From Gemmatimonadales bacterium (lineage in GTDB: Bacteria; Gemmatimonadota; Gemmatimonadetes; Gemmatimonadales; GWC2-71-9), in NCBI GenBank assembly GCA_050733035.1, contig JBOHSJ010000277.1, positions 1 through 52,988 of the forward strand: a stretch of DNA of 52,988 nucleotides. The letters are read 5' to 3'. The notes beneath the pieces are model-generated. The model was not told the DNA's origin, did not search any database, and saw nothing but the letters and a program-made list of their open reading frames with translations. Below, piece after piece: positions 42,076 through 50,417 of the stretch. Made by a program: the position numbers and the translations under genes. Numbering within the stretch: position 1 is the first letter of the stretch; each line of letters opens with the position of its first letter.

Positions 42076-42825
42076 GTGTTCACACGCCTGTTGATCGGCC
42101 TGGACGGCAGCCCCAATGCCGACGAAGCGTTGGAGCAGGCCATCGTGCTGGGCTCCCGGTTCAAGGCCAAGCTCATCGTGGCGGCCGTCAAGGAAACGCA
42201 TGGACTCGGGCGGCGCTCCTCCGACGCCGGGGAGCTGCTGCAGCGCGCGCTCGAACGTGTGCAGGCCGCCGGCCTCGACGTCGAAACAGTCGCGCAGCAC
42301 GGCAATCCCGCTACCGAGCTGGCCGCGCTCGCGGGCGACGTGGACACGGTGCTCGTGGGACGCCGCGGCCGGTCGTCGAGCGCTGGTGCCATCGGCAAGA
42401 CCGTGGCGTCGCTCATCCGGATCGCGAAGAAGTCGGTGATCGTCTGCGCGAGCAAGCCGTCGCCGATGCAGACGTGCGCGATCGCGTACGACGGCCGTGA
42501 GACGGCGCAGCGGGCGCTCGAGCTCGTGGCGCGATTTGCCGGCGTCAACCATAGCACGGTGCACGTGATTCACGCGACCATCGATCCCGCGATGGGCACG
42601 ATGGTCATCGGAGAGGCTGAGGCGATGCTGTCGCTGCAGGGCGTCGCCTTCGTTACGCATATCGAGCACGGCACGCCCGGAGAGGCCGTGGCGCGGGTGA
42701 TCGCCGCGACGAAATGCGACGCGTTGTTCGCCGGCGCGCACGTCGGCAAGCACAACGCGGTGACCGTTTCAAATGCCGAGGAGATTCTGCTGCATACCGA
42801 TATTCCGGTGGTGATTCAGCCATGA
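42076..42825 (+). CDS. universal stress protein, tandem UspA domains
   Basis: GTG 42076 gives VFTRLLIGLDGSPNADEAL. The second domain begins CAIAYDGRETAQRAL. G-x2-G-x9-G(S/T)-like motifs are present (VLVGRRGRSSSAGAIGKT). Confidence 0.8.
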   Translation: MFTRLLIGLDGSPNADEALEQAIVLGSRFKAKLIVAAVKETHGLGRRSSDAGELLQRALERVQAAGLDVETVAQHGNPATELAALAGDVDTVLVGRRGRSSSAGAIGKTVASLIRIAKKSVIVCASKPSPMQTCAIAYDGRETAQRALELVARFAGVNHSTVHVIHATIDPAMGTMVIGEAEAMLSLQGVAFVTHIEHGTPGEAVARVIAATKCDALFAGAHVGKHNAVTVSNAEEILLHTDIPVVIQP

Positions 42826-43403
42826 CCGCGCCATTTGTGCTGGTCCACGCCGACGAGAGCTGCCTCGGCAACGACTCTACCAAGCCGAGCCGCGGCGGCA
42901 ATGGGGCGTTGATCGAAGCGCCGGCCGGGGACAGCGTCGCCCGATGGGATTTCTACGAGTGCTCACCGCAGACGACCAACAACAAGATGGCGCTGGCCGG
43001 CGCCATCGCCACGCTCGAATGGATCCGGCGCCAGTGGCGCCACGCCCACGTGCGCTTCGTTTCCGATTCGGAGTATCTCATCAAAGGCATGAACGAGTGG
43101 CGCAAGGATTGGGAGGCGCGCGGCTGGCGCCGCAAGACCGGCGTGCTGGAAAACGCCGAGCTGTGGCAGAAGCTGGCGCAGGCCGCCTCCGCGCACACCG
43201 TGGATTGGCGCTGGGTGCGAGGGCACAACGAACACGTGAAGAACGAGTATGCCAACGCCGTCGCGATGCGCTCCGCCGAGCAGCAGGAGCGGTCCAACGG
43301 CTTGATTCCGTCCGGCTTCGACACCTGGCTCGCCCAGCAGCGCGCGCGCGGCAAGTATCTGGACTTCGATCCCGACAAGGAGCTGCATGAGCGCATCAAG
43401 TAA
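42822..43403 (+). CDS. rnhA: RNase HI homologue with atypical active-site residues and C-terminal extension
   Basis: ATGA overlap with the USP stop. Motifs HADESCLGN (D10 equivalent), TTNNKMALAGAI (Ala where E. coli has E48 in NNRMEL), VSDSEYLIKG (D70), and GHNEHVKNEYANAVA (H124 present; Asn where D134 sits). Has ~40 extra C-terminal residues. Confidence 0.75.
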   Translation: MTAPFVLVHADESCLGNDSTKPSRGGNGALIEAPAGDSVARWDFYECSPQTTNNKMALAGAIATLEWIRRQWRHAHVRFVSDSEYLIKGMNEWRKDWEARGWRRKTGVLENAELWQKLAQAASAHTVDWRWVRGHNEHVKNEYANAVAMRSAEQQERSNGLIPSGFDTWLAQQRARGKYLDFDPDKELHERIK

Positions 43404-43872
43404 GGACCACCTGCTGGCGGCCGATCCGTCCGTTCCCGTCGACCGCATACCGCTGTACGAGGTGTACATGCGGATGGCGGAGGAGCTGGCTAAGCGCTCC
43501 ACGTGCGTGCGGCTGCAGGTCGGCACCGTCGTGACGGACCAGCAGCTCGAGAACGTCCTGGCCATCGGCTACAACGGCAACGCGCGCGGCCTGCCCAACA
43601 AGTGCGACTCGGCGGTGCCGGGCAATTGCGGCTGCATTCATTCGGAGATGAACGCGCTGGTGAAGGCGCCGGGCAATGTGCGCGACAAGGTCGTCTTCGT
43701 GAGCGCGTCGCCCTGCGTGATGTGCGCCAAGCTGATCATCAACTCCGGCGTCACGCACGTCTTCTATCGGAAAGCGTATCGCGATCCGTCGGGAGTGGAG
43801 GTGTTGCAGCAGGGCGGCGTCGTCCCCGTTCTGTACGACCGCTGGATGAGCGCGTGGAGAAACGGTGGATGA
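43387..43872 (+). CDS. dCMP deaminase (ComEB / CMP-dCMP zinc deaminase family)
   Basis: Zinc motifs CIHSEMNAL and SPCVMCAKLI. 161 aa. Confidence 0.85.
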   Translation: MSASSKDHLLAADPSVPVDRIPLYEVYMRMAEELAKRSTCVRLQVGTVVTDQQLENVLAIGYNGNARGLPNKCDSAVPGNCGCIHSEMNALVKAPGNVRDKVVFVSASPCVMCAKLIINSGVTHVFYRKAYRDPSGVEVLQQGGVVPVLYDRWMSAWRNGG

Positions 43873-44533
43873 GCTAGATCGCCTGTTCGGTCTGCTCGTG
43901 GCCGCACTCGCGCGCGAAACACGCGTGGCGATCCCGTTTCCGGCGGCGGAGATCTACGAGCGGCTCGTGCCCTATCGCTCCAACCGATCGCGCCTCAACG
44001 TCGCGACGCATCAGGATTACGAGATGGCGGTGTTGCGGCTGCTGGCCGGCGAGCGCGGTTACGTGCAGCTGGAACCCGAGACCGTGCGCGACGCGATGCA
44101 GCGCGAAATCGCCACGATCAATCCCGATCCCGCCTACTTTCGCAGCTTTCCCGAGGCGCAGGTCATGGTCAACGGGCGGGCCGCTGACCGCGTCCTGTTG
44201 GCGGAGCGCGCCTACGCCCCGCCGAGTGACGACGACGATGACGACCTGCTCGATACCACCGGTGAGAATCCGATACCGCCGCCCGCATCCCCGGCACCGG
44301 CGCAGCACTTCGTGCCTCCCGAACGGTTTCGCGTGGCCCGTCCGGCGCAGAGCATTTCCGAGAACCAGTGCGAGTATTGCGGCGGCGTACTTCCGAGCAA
44401 CCGCGACGCGCGATTTTGCCCGCATTGCGGGCAGCCCCAGGAAGGGGATCTGAAGTGCCCGGCCTGTGGGAGCGCGGTGGATGTCGGATGGGCGTATTGC
44501 CTGGCCTGCGGGAAGCCGACGGGGTTTGAATGA
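43865..44533 (+). CDS. hypothetical protein with acidic linker and C-terminal double zinc ribbon
   Basis: C-terminus CEYCGGVLPSNRDARFCPHCGQPQEGDLKCPACGSAVDVGWAYCLACG contains four CxxC pairs, preceded by DDDDDD. N-terminal domain unassigned. Confidence 0.55.
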   Translation: MDELDRLFGLLVAALARETRVAIPFPAAEIYERLVPYRSNRSRLNVATHQDYEMAVLRLLAGERGYVQLEPETVRDAMQREIATINPDPAYFRSFPEAQVMVNGRAADRVLLAERAYAPPSDDDDDDLLDTTGENPIPPPASPAPAQHFVPPERFRVARPAQSISENQCEYCGGVLPSNRDARFCPHCGQPQEGDLKCPACGSAVDVGWAYCLACGKPTGFE

Positions 44534-44535
44534 GC

Positions 44536-44567
44536 GGCGGTTGGGCGGTTCGGCGGTTGGGCGGTTG
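44536..44567 (+). repeat. tandem octamer array GGCGGTTG GGCGGTTC GGCGGTTG GGCGGTTG, abutting the start codon of the dehydrogenase gene
   Basis: Read directly. It fills the 34-nt gap between the stop at 44533 and the GTG at 44568. Inverted partner at 44928-44959. Confidence 0.9.
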
Positions 44568-45626
44568 GTGAAGACATACAACGTTGCGGTGATCGCCGGT
44601 GATGGCATTGGGCCAGAGGTAGTCGACGCGGCCATCCCGATTCTGGACCGCGCCGCCGCGAGGCACGGATTCACGCTCCAGTGGGAACGCCTGCCCTATT
44701 CTGCCGATCACTATCTCAAGACCAAGGAAACGCTGCCGGACGCTGCATTTCGCCACCTGCGAGACGATGTAGATGCGATCTTCTTGGGTGCCCTGGGTGA
44801 TCCGCGCGTCCCTGGCAACGAGCATGCGCGTGACATTCTGTTGGGGCTGCGTTTTCGCCTTGACCTCTACGTCAACTTCCGACCCGTCGTGCTGCTGCAT
44901 CCGGACCTCTCGCCGCTTCGCGTTGTCCAACCGCCCAGCCGCCCAACCGCCGAACCGCCTATTGATTTCGTCATCTTCCGCGAGAACACCGAAGGCCAGT
45001 ACACAGGCCGCGGCCGTTCCAGCGGCGACGAGCACGTCGCGGAAGAGGTGAACACCGGCAAGGGCGTCGAGCGCATCATTCGCGCGGCCTTCGCGTGGGC
45101 CAAGCAGCACGGCAAGACGCGCGTCACGATGAGCGACAAGTCCAACGCGATCCCGACGCACAAGATCTGGCAGGACAAATTCAAAGCGATCGCCGCCGAG
45201 TACGCCACTATCCAGAGCGAGCACCGCTACGTGGATGCACTGGCGATGGAACTCGTCCGCGAACCGGCGCGCTTTCAGGTCATCGTGACCAACAACCTCT
45301 ACGGCGACATCCTCTCCGATTTGGGCGCGGGACTGGTGGGCGGGCTCGGTGTGGCCGCGAGCGCCAATCTGCACCCGGGCCGGCGCGGCGGACTCTTCGA
45401 GCCGGTGCACGGCTCGGCCCCGCCACTCGCCGGACGAGGAGTGGCGAACCCCGCCGCCGCGGTGCTGACCGGCGCGCTGATGCTCGAGCAGCTGGGGCAC
45501 GCTGCCGCGGCGCGCGATCTCGAACGCGCCGTGAAGCAAGCGCTTACGAACGGCGCGCGCACCCCCGACCTCGGCGGCACATCCACGACGCGTGAGGTAG
45601 CCGCCGCCATCGCCGCCTGTTTGTAG
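44568..45626 (+). CDS. tartrate / D-malate / 3-isopropylmalate dehydrogenase family (decarboxylating)
   Basis: GTG 44568 (or TTG 44565) gives VKTYNVAVIAGDGIGPEV. Motifs FRENTEGQY, MSDKSNA and NLYGDILSDL. The track's longer N-terminus is read through the octamer array and overlaps the upstream gene. Confidence 0.85.
   Translation: MKTYNVAVIAGDGIGPEVVDAAIPILDRAAARHGFTLQWERLPYSADHYLKTKETLPDAAFRHLRDDVDAIFLGALGDPRVPGNEHARDILLGLRFRLDLYVNFRPVVLLHPDLSPLRVVQPPSRPTAEPPIDFVIFRENTEGQYTGRGRSSGDEHVAEEVNTGKGVERIIRAAFAWAKQHGKTRVTMSDKSNAIPTHKIWQDKFKAIAAEYATIQSEHRYVDALAMELVREPARFQVIVTNNLYGDILSDLGAGLVGGLGVAASANLHPGRRGGLFEPVHGSAPPLAGRGVANPAAAVLTGALMLEQLGHAAAARDLERAVKQALTNGARTPDLGGTSTTREVAAAIAACL
44928..44959 (-). 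repeat. tandem octamer array (plus strand CAACCGCC CAGCCGCC CAACCGCC GAACCGCC), the reverse complement of the 44536 array family, inside the dehydrogenase CDS
   Basis: Read directly. 29/32 identity to the reverse complement of 44536-44567. It encodes QPPSRPTAEPP (codons 121-131), which looks like a loop insertion just before the conserved IDFVIFRENTEG. Confidence 0.9.
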
Positions 45627-45667
45627 CGGCTATATTCCCCCCTAGTCTCATTAGCGGAGTCATCCCC

Positions 45668-46864
45668 ATGAAAACCCAGGGCGCCAATAAGGACGTCGTC
45701 TTCCTGTCCGGTGTGCGGACGGGCTTCGGCGCGTTCGGCGGCTCTTTGAAAGACTTGTCGGCCATCGACTTGGGCGCGGCGGCGTCGCGCCACGCCATCC
45801 AGCGCTCGGGCGTCCCCGCGAGCGACTTTGGCCATGTCGTCTTCGGCAACGCGCTGCAGACGTCGGCGGACGCGATCTACATGGCCCGCCACGTCGGACT
45901 CAAGGCCGGTTTGCCGATCGAAACGCCGGCTGTCACCGTAAACCGGCTGTGCGGGTCGGGATTCGAAGCGATCACCCAGGGTGCGCAGCTCATCCTGCTG
46001 GGCGAAGCAGAAGCCGTCCTCGCCGGCGGCGCCGAGTCGATGAGTCAGGCGCCCCACGTGGTGCGCGGCGCCCGCTGGGGCCTGCGACTGGGTCCTGCGC
46101 CGCTCGAGGACCTGCTGTGGGAGTCGCTCAAGGACCCGCAGTGCGGCCTGTCCATGGCCGAAACCGCCGAGAGCCTCGCCGAGCAATACAAACTCACCCG
46201 CAAAGAGGTCGATGAAGTCGCCGCCCTGTCGCAGCAGCGCGCCAAACAGGCGTGGGATGCCTGCGCCTTCCAGGACGAAGTCGTGCCGGTGACGATCAAG
46301 GTGAAAGGCAAAGAAGTCGAGTTTCGCGCCGACGAGCACATGCGGCCCGACACGACCCTGGAAATCCTCAGCGCGCTGAAGCCGTACTTCAAGAAGGACG
46401 GCCTCGTGACCGCGGGCAACGCGTCCGGCATTTCGGACGGCGGCGCCGCGACGGTGCTGGCCAGCGAAGCGTACGCGAAGTCGCACGGACTGAAGCCCCT
46501 CGGCCGCCTCGTGGCGTGGGCCGTGGCCGGCGTCGAGCCGAAGCACATGGGCATCGGCCCCGCGCCCGCCGCGCGCAAGGCGCTCGCAAAGGCAAAGATG
46601 AAACTCGAGCAGATGGATCTCGTCGAAGTGAACGAAGCGTTCGCGCCGCAATACCTGGCCGTCGAACGGGAGCTGGGTCTCGATCGCAATCGCACGAACG
46701 CGTGTGGCGGGGCGATCGCGATCGGCCATCCGTTGGCGGCGAGCGGCACGCGCATCACGATCCATCTGCTGCACGCGCTGCGCCGCGAGCAGAAGCGGTT
46801 CGGACTCGGTTCCGCCTGTATCGGCGGCGGGCAGGGAGCGGCGGTCATCGTCGAGGCGTTATGA
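45668..46864 (+). CDS. acetyl-CoA C-acetyltransferase (thiolase II)
   Basis: Motifs VNRLCGSG (active Cys), [21 protein letters not shown] and CIGGGQG. Confidence 0.92.
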   Translation: MKTQGANKDVVFLSGVRTGFGAFGGSLKDLSAIDLGAAASRHAIQRSGVPASDFGHVVFGNALQTSADAIYMARHVGLKAGLPIETPAVTVNRLCGSGFEAITQGAQLILLGEAEAVLAGGAESMSQAPHVVRGARWGLRLGPAPLEDLLWESLKDPQCGLSMAETAESLAEQYKLTRKEVDEVAALSQQRAKQAWDACAFQDEVVPVTIKVKGKEVEFRADEHMRPDTTLEILSALKPYFKKDGLVTAGNASGISDGGAATVLASEAYAKSHGLKPLGRLVAWAVAGVEPKHMGIGPAPAARKALAKAKMKLEQMDLVEVNEAFAPQYLAVERELGLDRNRTNACGGAIAIGHPLAASGTRITIHLLHALRREQKRFGLGSACIGGGQGAAVIVEAL

Positions 46865-47703
46865 GCGACATTTTCCTTACGGCAATCGGAGTCATTGCCG
46901 TCTACCTATTCGCGGGGCTTCGCGTCCTGCGCGAGTACGAGCGCGGCGTCTACTTCCTGCTCGGCCACCTGCGTCCCACCAAAGGGCCCGGCCTGGTGTT
47001 CCTGCCGCCGGTGCTCGCCAGGATGCAGAAGGTGTCGCTGCGCGTCATGGCGATTGACGTCCCGCCGCAGGACGTCATCACCCGCGACAATATCTCGATC
47101 AAGGTCAACGCGGTGTTGTATATGCGCGTGAAGACTCCGGACAAGGCCGTCGTCGGCGTGGAGAATTATCTCTACGCGACGAGCCAGCTCGCGCAGACGA
47201 CGCTGCGATCCGTCCTGGGCGAAACGGAGATGGACGAGCTGCTCGCGAACCGCGACAAGATCAACGCGATCCTGCGGCAGATCATCGATGCGCGTGCCGA
47301 GGACTGGGGCATTGAGGTCTCCGCCGTCGAAGTGAAGGACGTGGACCTGCCGCCTGAGATGAAACGGGCGATGGCCCGACAGGCGGAGGCCGAGCGCGAA
47401 CGGCGCGCGAAAGTCATCAACGCCGAAGGCGAACTGCAGGCTGCCGAAAAGCTGGCACAGGCCGCGCATATCATCGGCGCCGAGCCCGCCGCCATCCAGC
47501 TGCGCTACCTCCAGACCGTGAACGAGATCGCGTCGGAGAACAACTCCACGACGATCTTTCCGATCCCGATCGACATGTTACGCGGTTTCGTCGAGGGCGC
47601 GGCCAAAGCCGCCGGCAACGCGGCGGGATCGCGGGCACTACCTGAACGGACATCGGGCGAGCGCTTGCCTGTCGGTGCGCGCAAGACGAAAGCCAAGACG
47701 TGA
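46861..47703 (+). CDS. SPFH / band-7 (stomatin-prohibitin) family membrane protein
   Basis: ATGA overlap with the thiolase stop. N-terminal TM helix ([17 protein letters not shown]), [12 protein letters not shown], the SPFH core, then the charged coiled tail [17 protein letters not shown]. Confidence 0.85.
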   Translation: MSDIFLTAIGVIAVYLFAGLRVLREYERGVYFLLGHLRPTKGPGLVFLPPVLARMQKVSLRVMAIDVPPQDVITRDNISIKVNAVLYMRVKTPDKAVVGVENYLYATSQLAQTTLRSVLGETEMDELLANRDKINAILRQIIDARAEDWGIEVSAVEVKDVDLPPEMKRAMARQAEAERERRAKVINAEGELQAAEKLAQAAHIIGAEPAAIQLRYLQTVNEIASENNSTTIFPIPIDMLRGFVEGAAKAAGNAAGSRALPERTSGERLPVGARKTKAKT

Positions 47704-48533
47704 GCGACCTGATCGACCGCAAAGCTCTGGAGCGGATCGTGCGCCGCGCCGCCGAGCTGCAGGCGGGGGCGCAGGAGATCGGCGAGGGTCTGACGAGCCA
47801 GGAGGTCCTGGCGCTCGGGAAGGACGTCGGCATTCCGGAGGGCTACCTCCGCCAGGCGATGCTCGAGGAGCAGACGCGCACGGCACCCGAGTCGTCCACC
47901 GGCACGTGGGCGTGGCTGACCGGGCCGCGATCCCTCGTGGCCCACCGCGTCGTCCCGGGCGACCGCGCGGCGGTCGAGCGCGCGCTGAGCCGCTGGATGA
48001 CCGAGGAGGAGCTGCTCCAGCCCAAGCGGCACTACGCCGACCGCACCTCGTGGGAATCGAAACCGGGGGCGTTTGCCTCGATTCAGCGGGCGCTGGCGGG
48101 AAGACGTCGCTACTCGCTGGCGAGCGCCGAGCAAGTTTCCTCGCAGGTCGTGCAGCTCGAACCGGGCTTCTGCATCGTGCGTCTCGAAGCGGACATCAGC
48201 CCGCAGCGCCGCAACCGGATCACCGGCGGAACGGTGATGGCGATGGTGGGCTGGGGTCTCACGGGCGCGACGGCGCTCATTGCCCCCCCGCTTGCGCTCG
48301 CGCAGTTGCTGATGCTGGTCCCTGGCGTGGGCCTGACACTCGGTGGGGCCATGGTCGCCCGCACGTACCGCGGCGCCAACGAGCGCATGCAGATCGCGCT
48401 GGAGCAGGTGCTGGACCGCCTCGAGCGGGGCGAAACGCGCGGCGCGACCAGCCCGGCGGCGCTGCCGTTCGTTCGGATCGCGGAAGAAGTCCGCAAAGTC
48501 TTCGAGAATCCCAAGACCAAACCGAGGCTCTGA
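47700..48533 (+). CDS. hypothetical membrane protein (soluble N-domain + two C-proximal TM helices)
   Basis: GTGA overlap with the SPFH stop. TM region [45 protein letters not shown]. No family recognised and it is not NfeD-like by eye. Confidence 0.5.
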   Translation: MSDLIDRKALERIVRRAAELQAGAQEIGEGLTSQEVLALGKDVGIPEGYLRQAMLEEQTRTAPESSTGTWAWLTGPRSLVAHRVVPGDRAAVERALSRWMTEEELLQPKRHYADRTSWESKPGAFASIQRALAGRRRYSLASAEQVSSQVVQLEPGFCIVRLEADISPQRRNRITGGTVMAMVGWGLTGATALIAPPLALAQLLMLVPGVGLTLGGAMVARTYRGANERMQIALEQVLDRLERGETRGATSPAALPFVRIAEEVRKVFENPKTKPRL

Positions 48534-49408
48534 TGCGCGTAGGTGTGTTGGGATGTGGCCTGATGGGGAGCGGGATCGCGCAGGTCGCGGCAAGCGCCGG
48601 CTACGACACGATCGTCCGCGACGTCTCGAAAGAGCTGCTCGACCGCGGCCGGGCGGGGATCGAGAAGTCGCTCGCGAAATTCGTCGAGAAGGGGAAGCTC
48701 CAGGCCGCCGATCGCGATGCCACGCTGAAGCGGCTCACCTTCACCACGACCGTCGCGGATCTGAAGCCAGTGGACATCGTGATCGAGGCGATCACCGAAG
48801 ACCTGGCCCTGAAGAATGCGCTCTTCAAGGAATTGGACGTCTTGTGCGGCGCGGGCACCATTTTCGCCTCGAACACGTCCAGCTTGACGATCGCCGAGAT
48901 GGCGGCGGCCACCAAACGCCCCGATCGCTTCGTCGGGCTCCATTTCTTCAATCCGGTGCCGCTGATGGCACTCGTCGAGGTCGTGCGGACGGTTACGACG
49001 TCGGAGGAAACGTTCAAGCGGGCGTTCACGTTCGCGGCGTCGCTGCGCAAAGAGCCGGTCGCCGCCAAGGACAACTCCGGCTTCATCGTGAACCTGCTGC
49101 TCGTCCCCTACCTGCTCGACGCAATCCGCGCCGTCGAGCGTGGCGTGGGCAGCGTGCCGGATATCGACAAGGCGATGCAGCTCGGCTGCGGATATCCGAT
49201 GGGGCCGCTCACGCTGCTCGACTTCGTCGGGCTCGACACGACGCACCACATTGCCGAGATCATGTTCAAGGAGTACCGTGAGTCCCGCTACGCCCCGCCG
49301 CCCTTGCTGAAGCGGATGGTGCTCGCGGGGATGTACGGCAAGAAGAGCGGGAAAGGCTTCTACGACTACTCGGCCAATCCACCCATCGTCAACAACCTGG
49401 GACTCTAA
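48533..49408 (+). CDS. 3-hydroxybutyryl-CoA / 3-hydroxyacyl-CoA dehydrogenase
   Basis: TGATG overlap with the upstream gene. Rossmann motif VGVLGCGLMGSGIA. Motifs SNTSSL, HFFNPVP and GFIVNL. Confidence 0.9.
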   Translation: MRVGVLGCGLMGSGIAQVAASAGYDTIVRDVSKELLDRGRAGIEKSLAKFVEKGKLQAADRDATLKRLTFTTTVADLKPVDIVIEAITEDLALKNALFKELDVLCGAGTIFASNTSSLTIAEMAAATKRPDRFVGLHFFNPVPLMALVEVVRTVTTSEETFKRAFTFAASLRKEPVAAKDNSGFIVNLLLVPYLLDAIRAVERGVGSVPDIDKAMQLGCGYPMGPLTLLDFVGLDTTHHIAEIMFKEYRESRYAPPPLLKRMVLAGMYGKKSGKGFYDYSANPPIVNNLGL

Positions 49409-49980
49409 TGCTCGGCTACGACGCTCCCCGCTGGCACGCACTGCTCAACGATCTCCCCGCCGCGCTGCTGATCGTGGCGGTGCTGTTCGATCTCGCGGCC
49501 GCGGCGCGCAAGCGTGAATCGCTCGCGTGGGCCGGCATCTGGACGTTGTGGGCGGGGGTGATCGGCGGGTGGGCGGCGGTCATCGCGGGTGAGCTGGCCG
49601 AAGATTCGATTGATCACGGCGCAGCGGTCCATCGGATCATGGAAACCCACGAGAAGATCGCGATCATGACGATGAGTGTCTTCACCATCGTGCTGATCTG
49701 GAAGATGGCCCGGCGTTTCCAAATGCCGGCGCAGGAGCTGGCGCTGACCCGCGCGCTGAGTGTCGTGGGTTTGTTGGGGCTCGTCTGGACGGGCGTGCTC
49801 GGCGGCAAGCTCATGTTCGAGCACGCGGCCGGGATTCCGACGCCGACGCTCCAGACGGAGATCCAAAACCGGGTGGCCGGACACGAACACGCGCCGGGGG
49901 ATGAACACGCCGCGCCAGCTGATACAACCAAGGCCAAGCCGCACGTCGACCCTCCTGGGACCCCGCCGCACGAGCATTGA
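49408..49980 (+). CDS. DUF2231-like membrane protein with His-rich C-terminal tail
   Basis: TAATG overlap with the upstream gene. Four hydrophobic helices. Tail GHEHAPGDEHAAPADTTKAKPHVDPPGTPPHEH. Confidence 0.55.
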   Translation: MLGYDAPRWHALLNDLPAALLIVAVLFDLAAAARKRESLAWAGIWTLWAGVIGGWAAVIAGELAEDSIDHGAAVHRIMETHEKIAIMTMSVFTIVLIWKMARRFQMPAQELALTRALSVVGLLGLVWTGVLGGKLMFEHAAGIPTPTLQTEIQNRVAGHEHAPGDEHAAPADTTKAKPHVDPPGTPPHEH

Positions 49981-50417
49981 TGCGTCCGTGGTACGTAGTG
50001 CGTGGTGCGTGGGCCTGTGCCCTCCTGAGCGCGTGTACCCCCGCAACGACGCGGCCTTCGTTTGCTCCCGTGCCGGAGGCGATCCACGCGATCGTGAACG
50101 CGGTCCCCGCCGTCGTCACACAGGAAGCGCAGGCGATCCTCACCGCCGACACGATCGGCATTCATTTCATCAGCATGCGCGACGCCTTTCTCGAGACGGT
50201 GGAGTTCGCCGGAACGTATCGCGTGCGACTCTGGGCCGATCCCGATGTGCCCGGGAAGGCGCGCGTGACGATCGAGGCGGTGTACCGGCCGATGGAAGAT
50301 CCGTCACGCACGCGCCGGGATCTGGAGCGCGCGGCGCCCCCCGGTTCCCCGGGCGAGCTGCGGGCTGAGCAGCTCCTCGCAGCTTTGAAAGACAAACTCG
50401 GCGTCACCACCTACTAG
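49980..50417 (+). CDS. hypothetical lipoprotein
   Basis: N-terminus M(M)RPWYVVRGAWACALLSACTP (lipobox LSAC). Start ATG 49980 (or TTG 49977) overlaps the upstream stop. No family recognised. Confidence 0.5.
   Translation: MRPWYVVRGAWACALLSACTPATTRPSFAPVPEAIHAIVNAVPAVVTQEAQAILTADTIGIHFISMRDAFLETVEFAGTYRVRLWADPDVPGKARVTIEAVYRPMEDPSRTRRDLERAAPPGSPGELRAEQLLAALKDKLGVTTY

Noticed and set aside
40714-42753. 679-aa minus-strand ORF spanning selD, the 80-aa ORF and the USP gene
   Set aside because: It is Arg/Gly/Ala/His-rich with no motifs. It lies opposite three plus-strand genes with clear family signatures and overlap-coupled junctions.
44169-49441. Series of long minus-strand ORFs (44169-45539, 45299-46774, 46045-46848, 47505-48593, 48110-49441) opposite the dehydrogenase-thiolase-SPFH-hbd run
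   Set aside because: The plus-strand genes have strong family motifs and coupled junctions. The antisense products are Arg/Ala/Gly-rich and motif-free.
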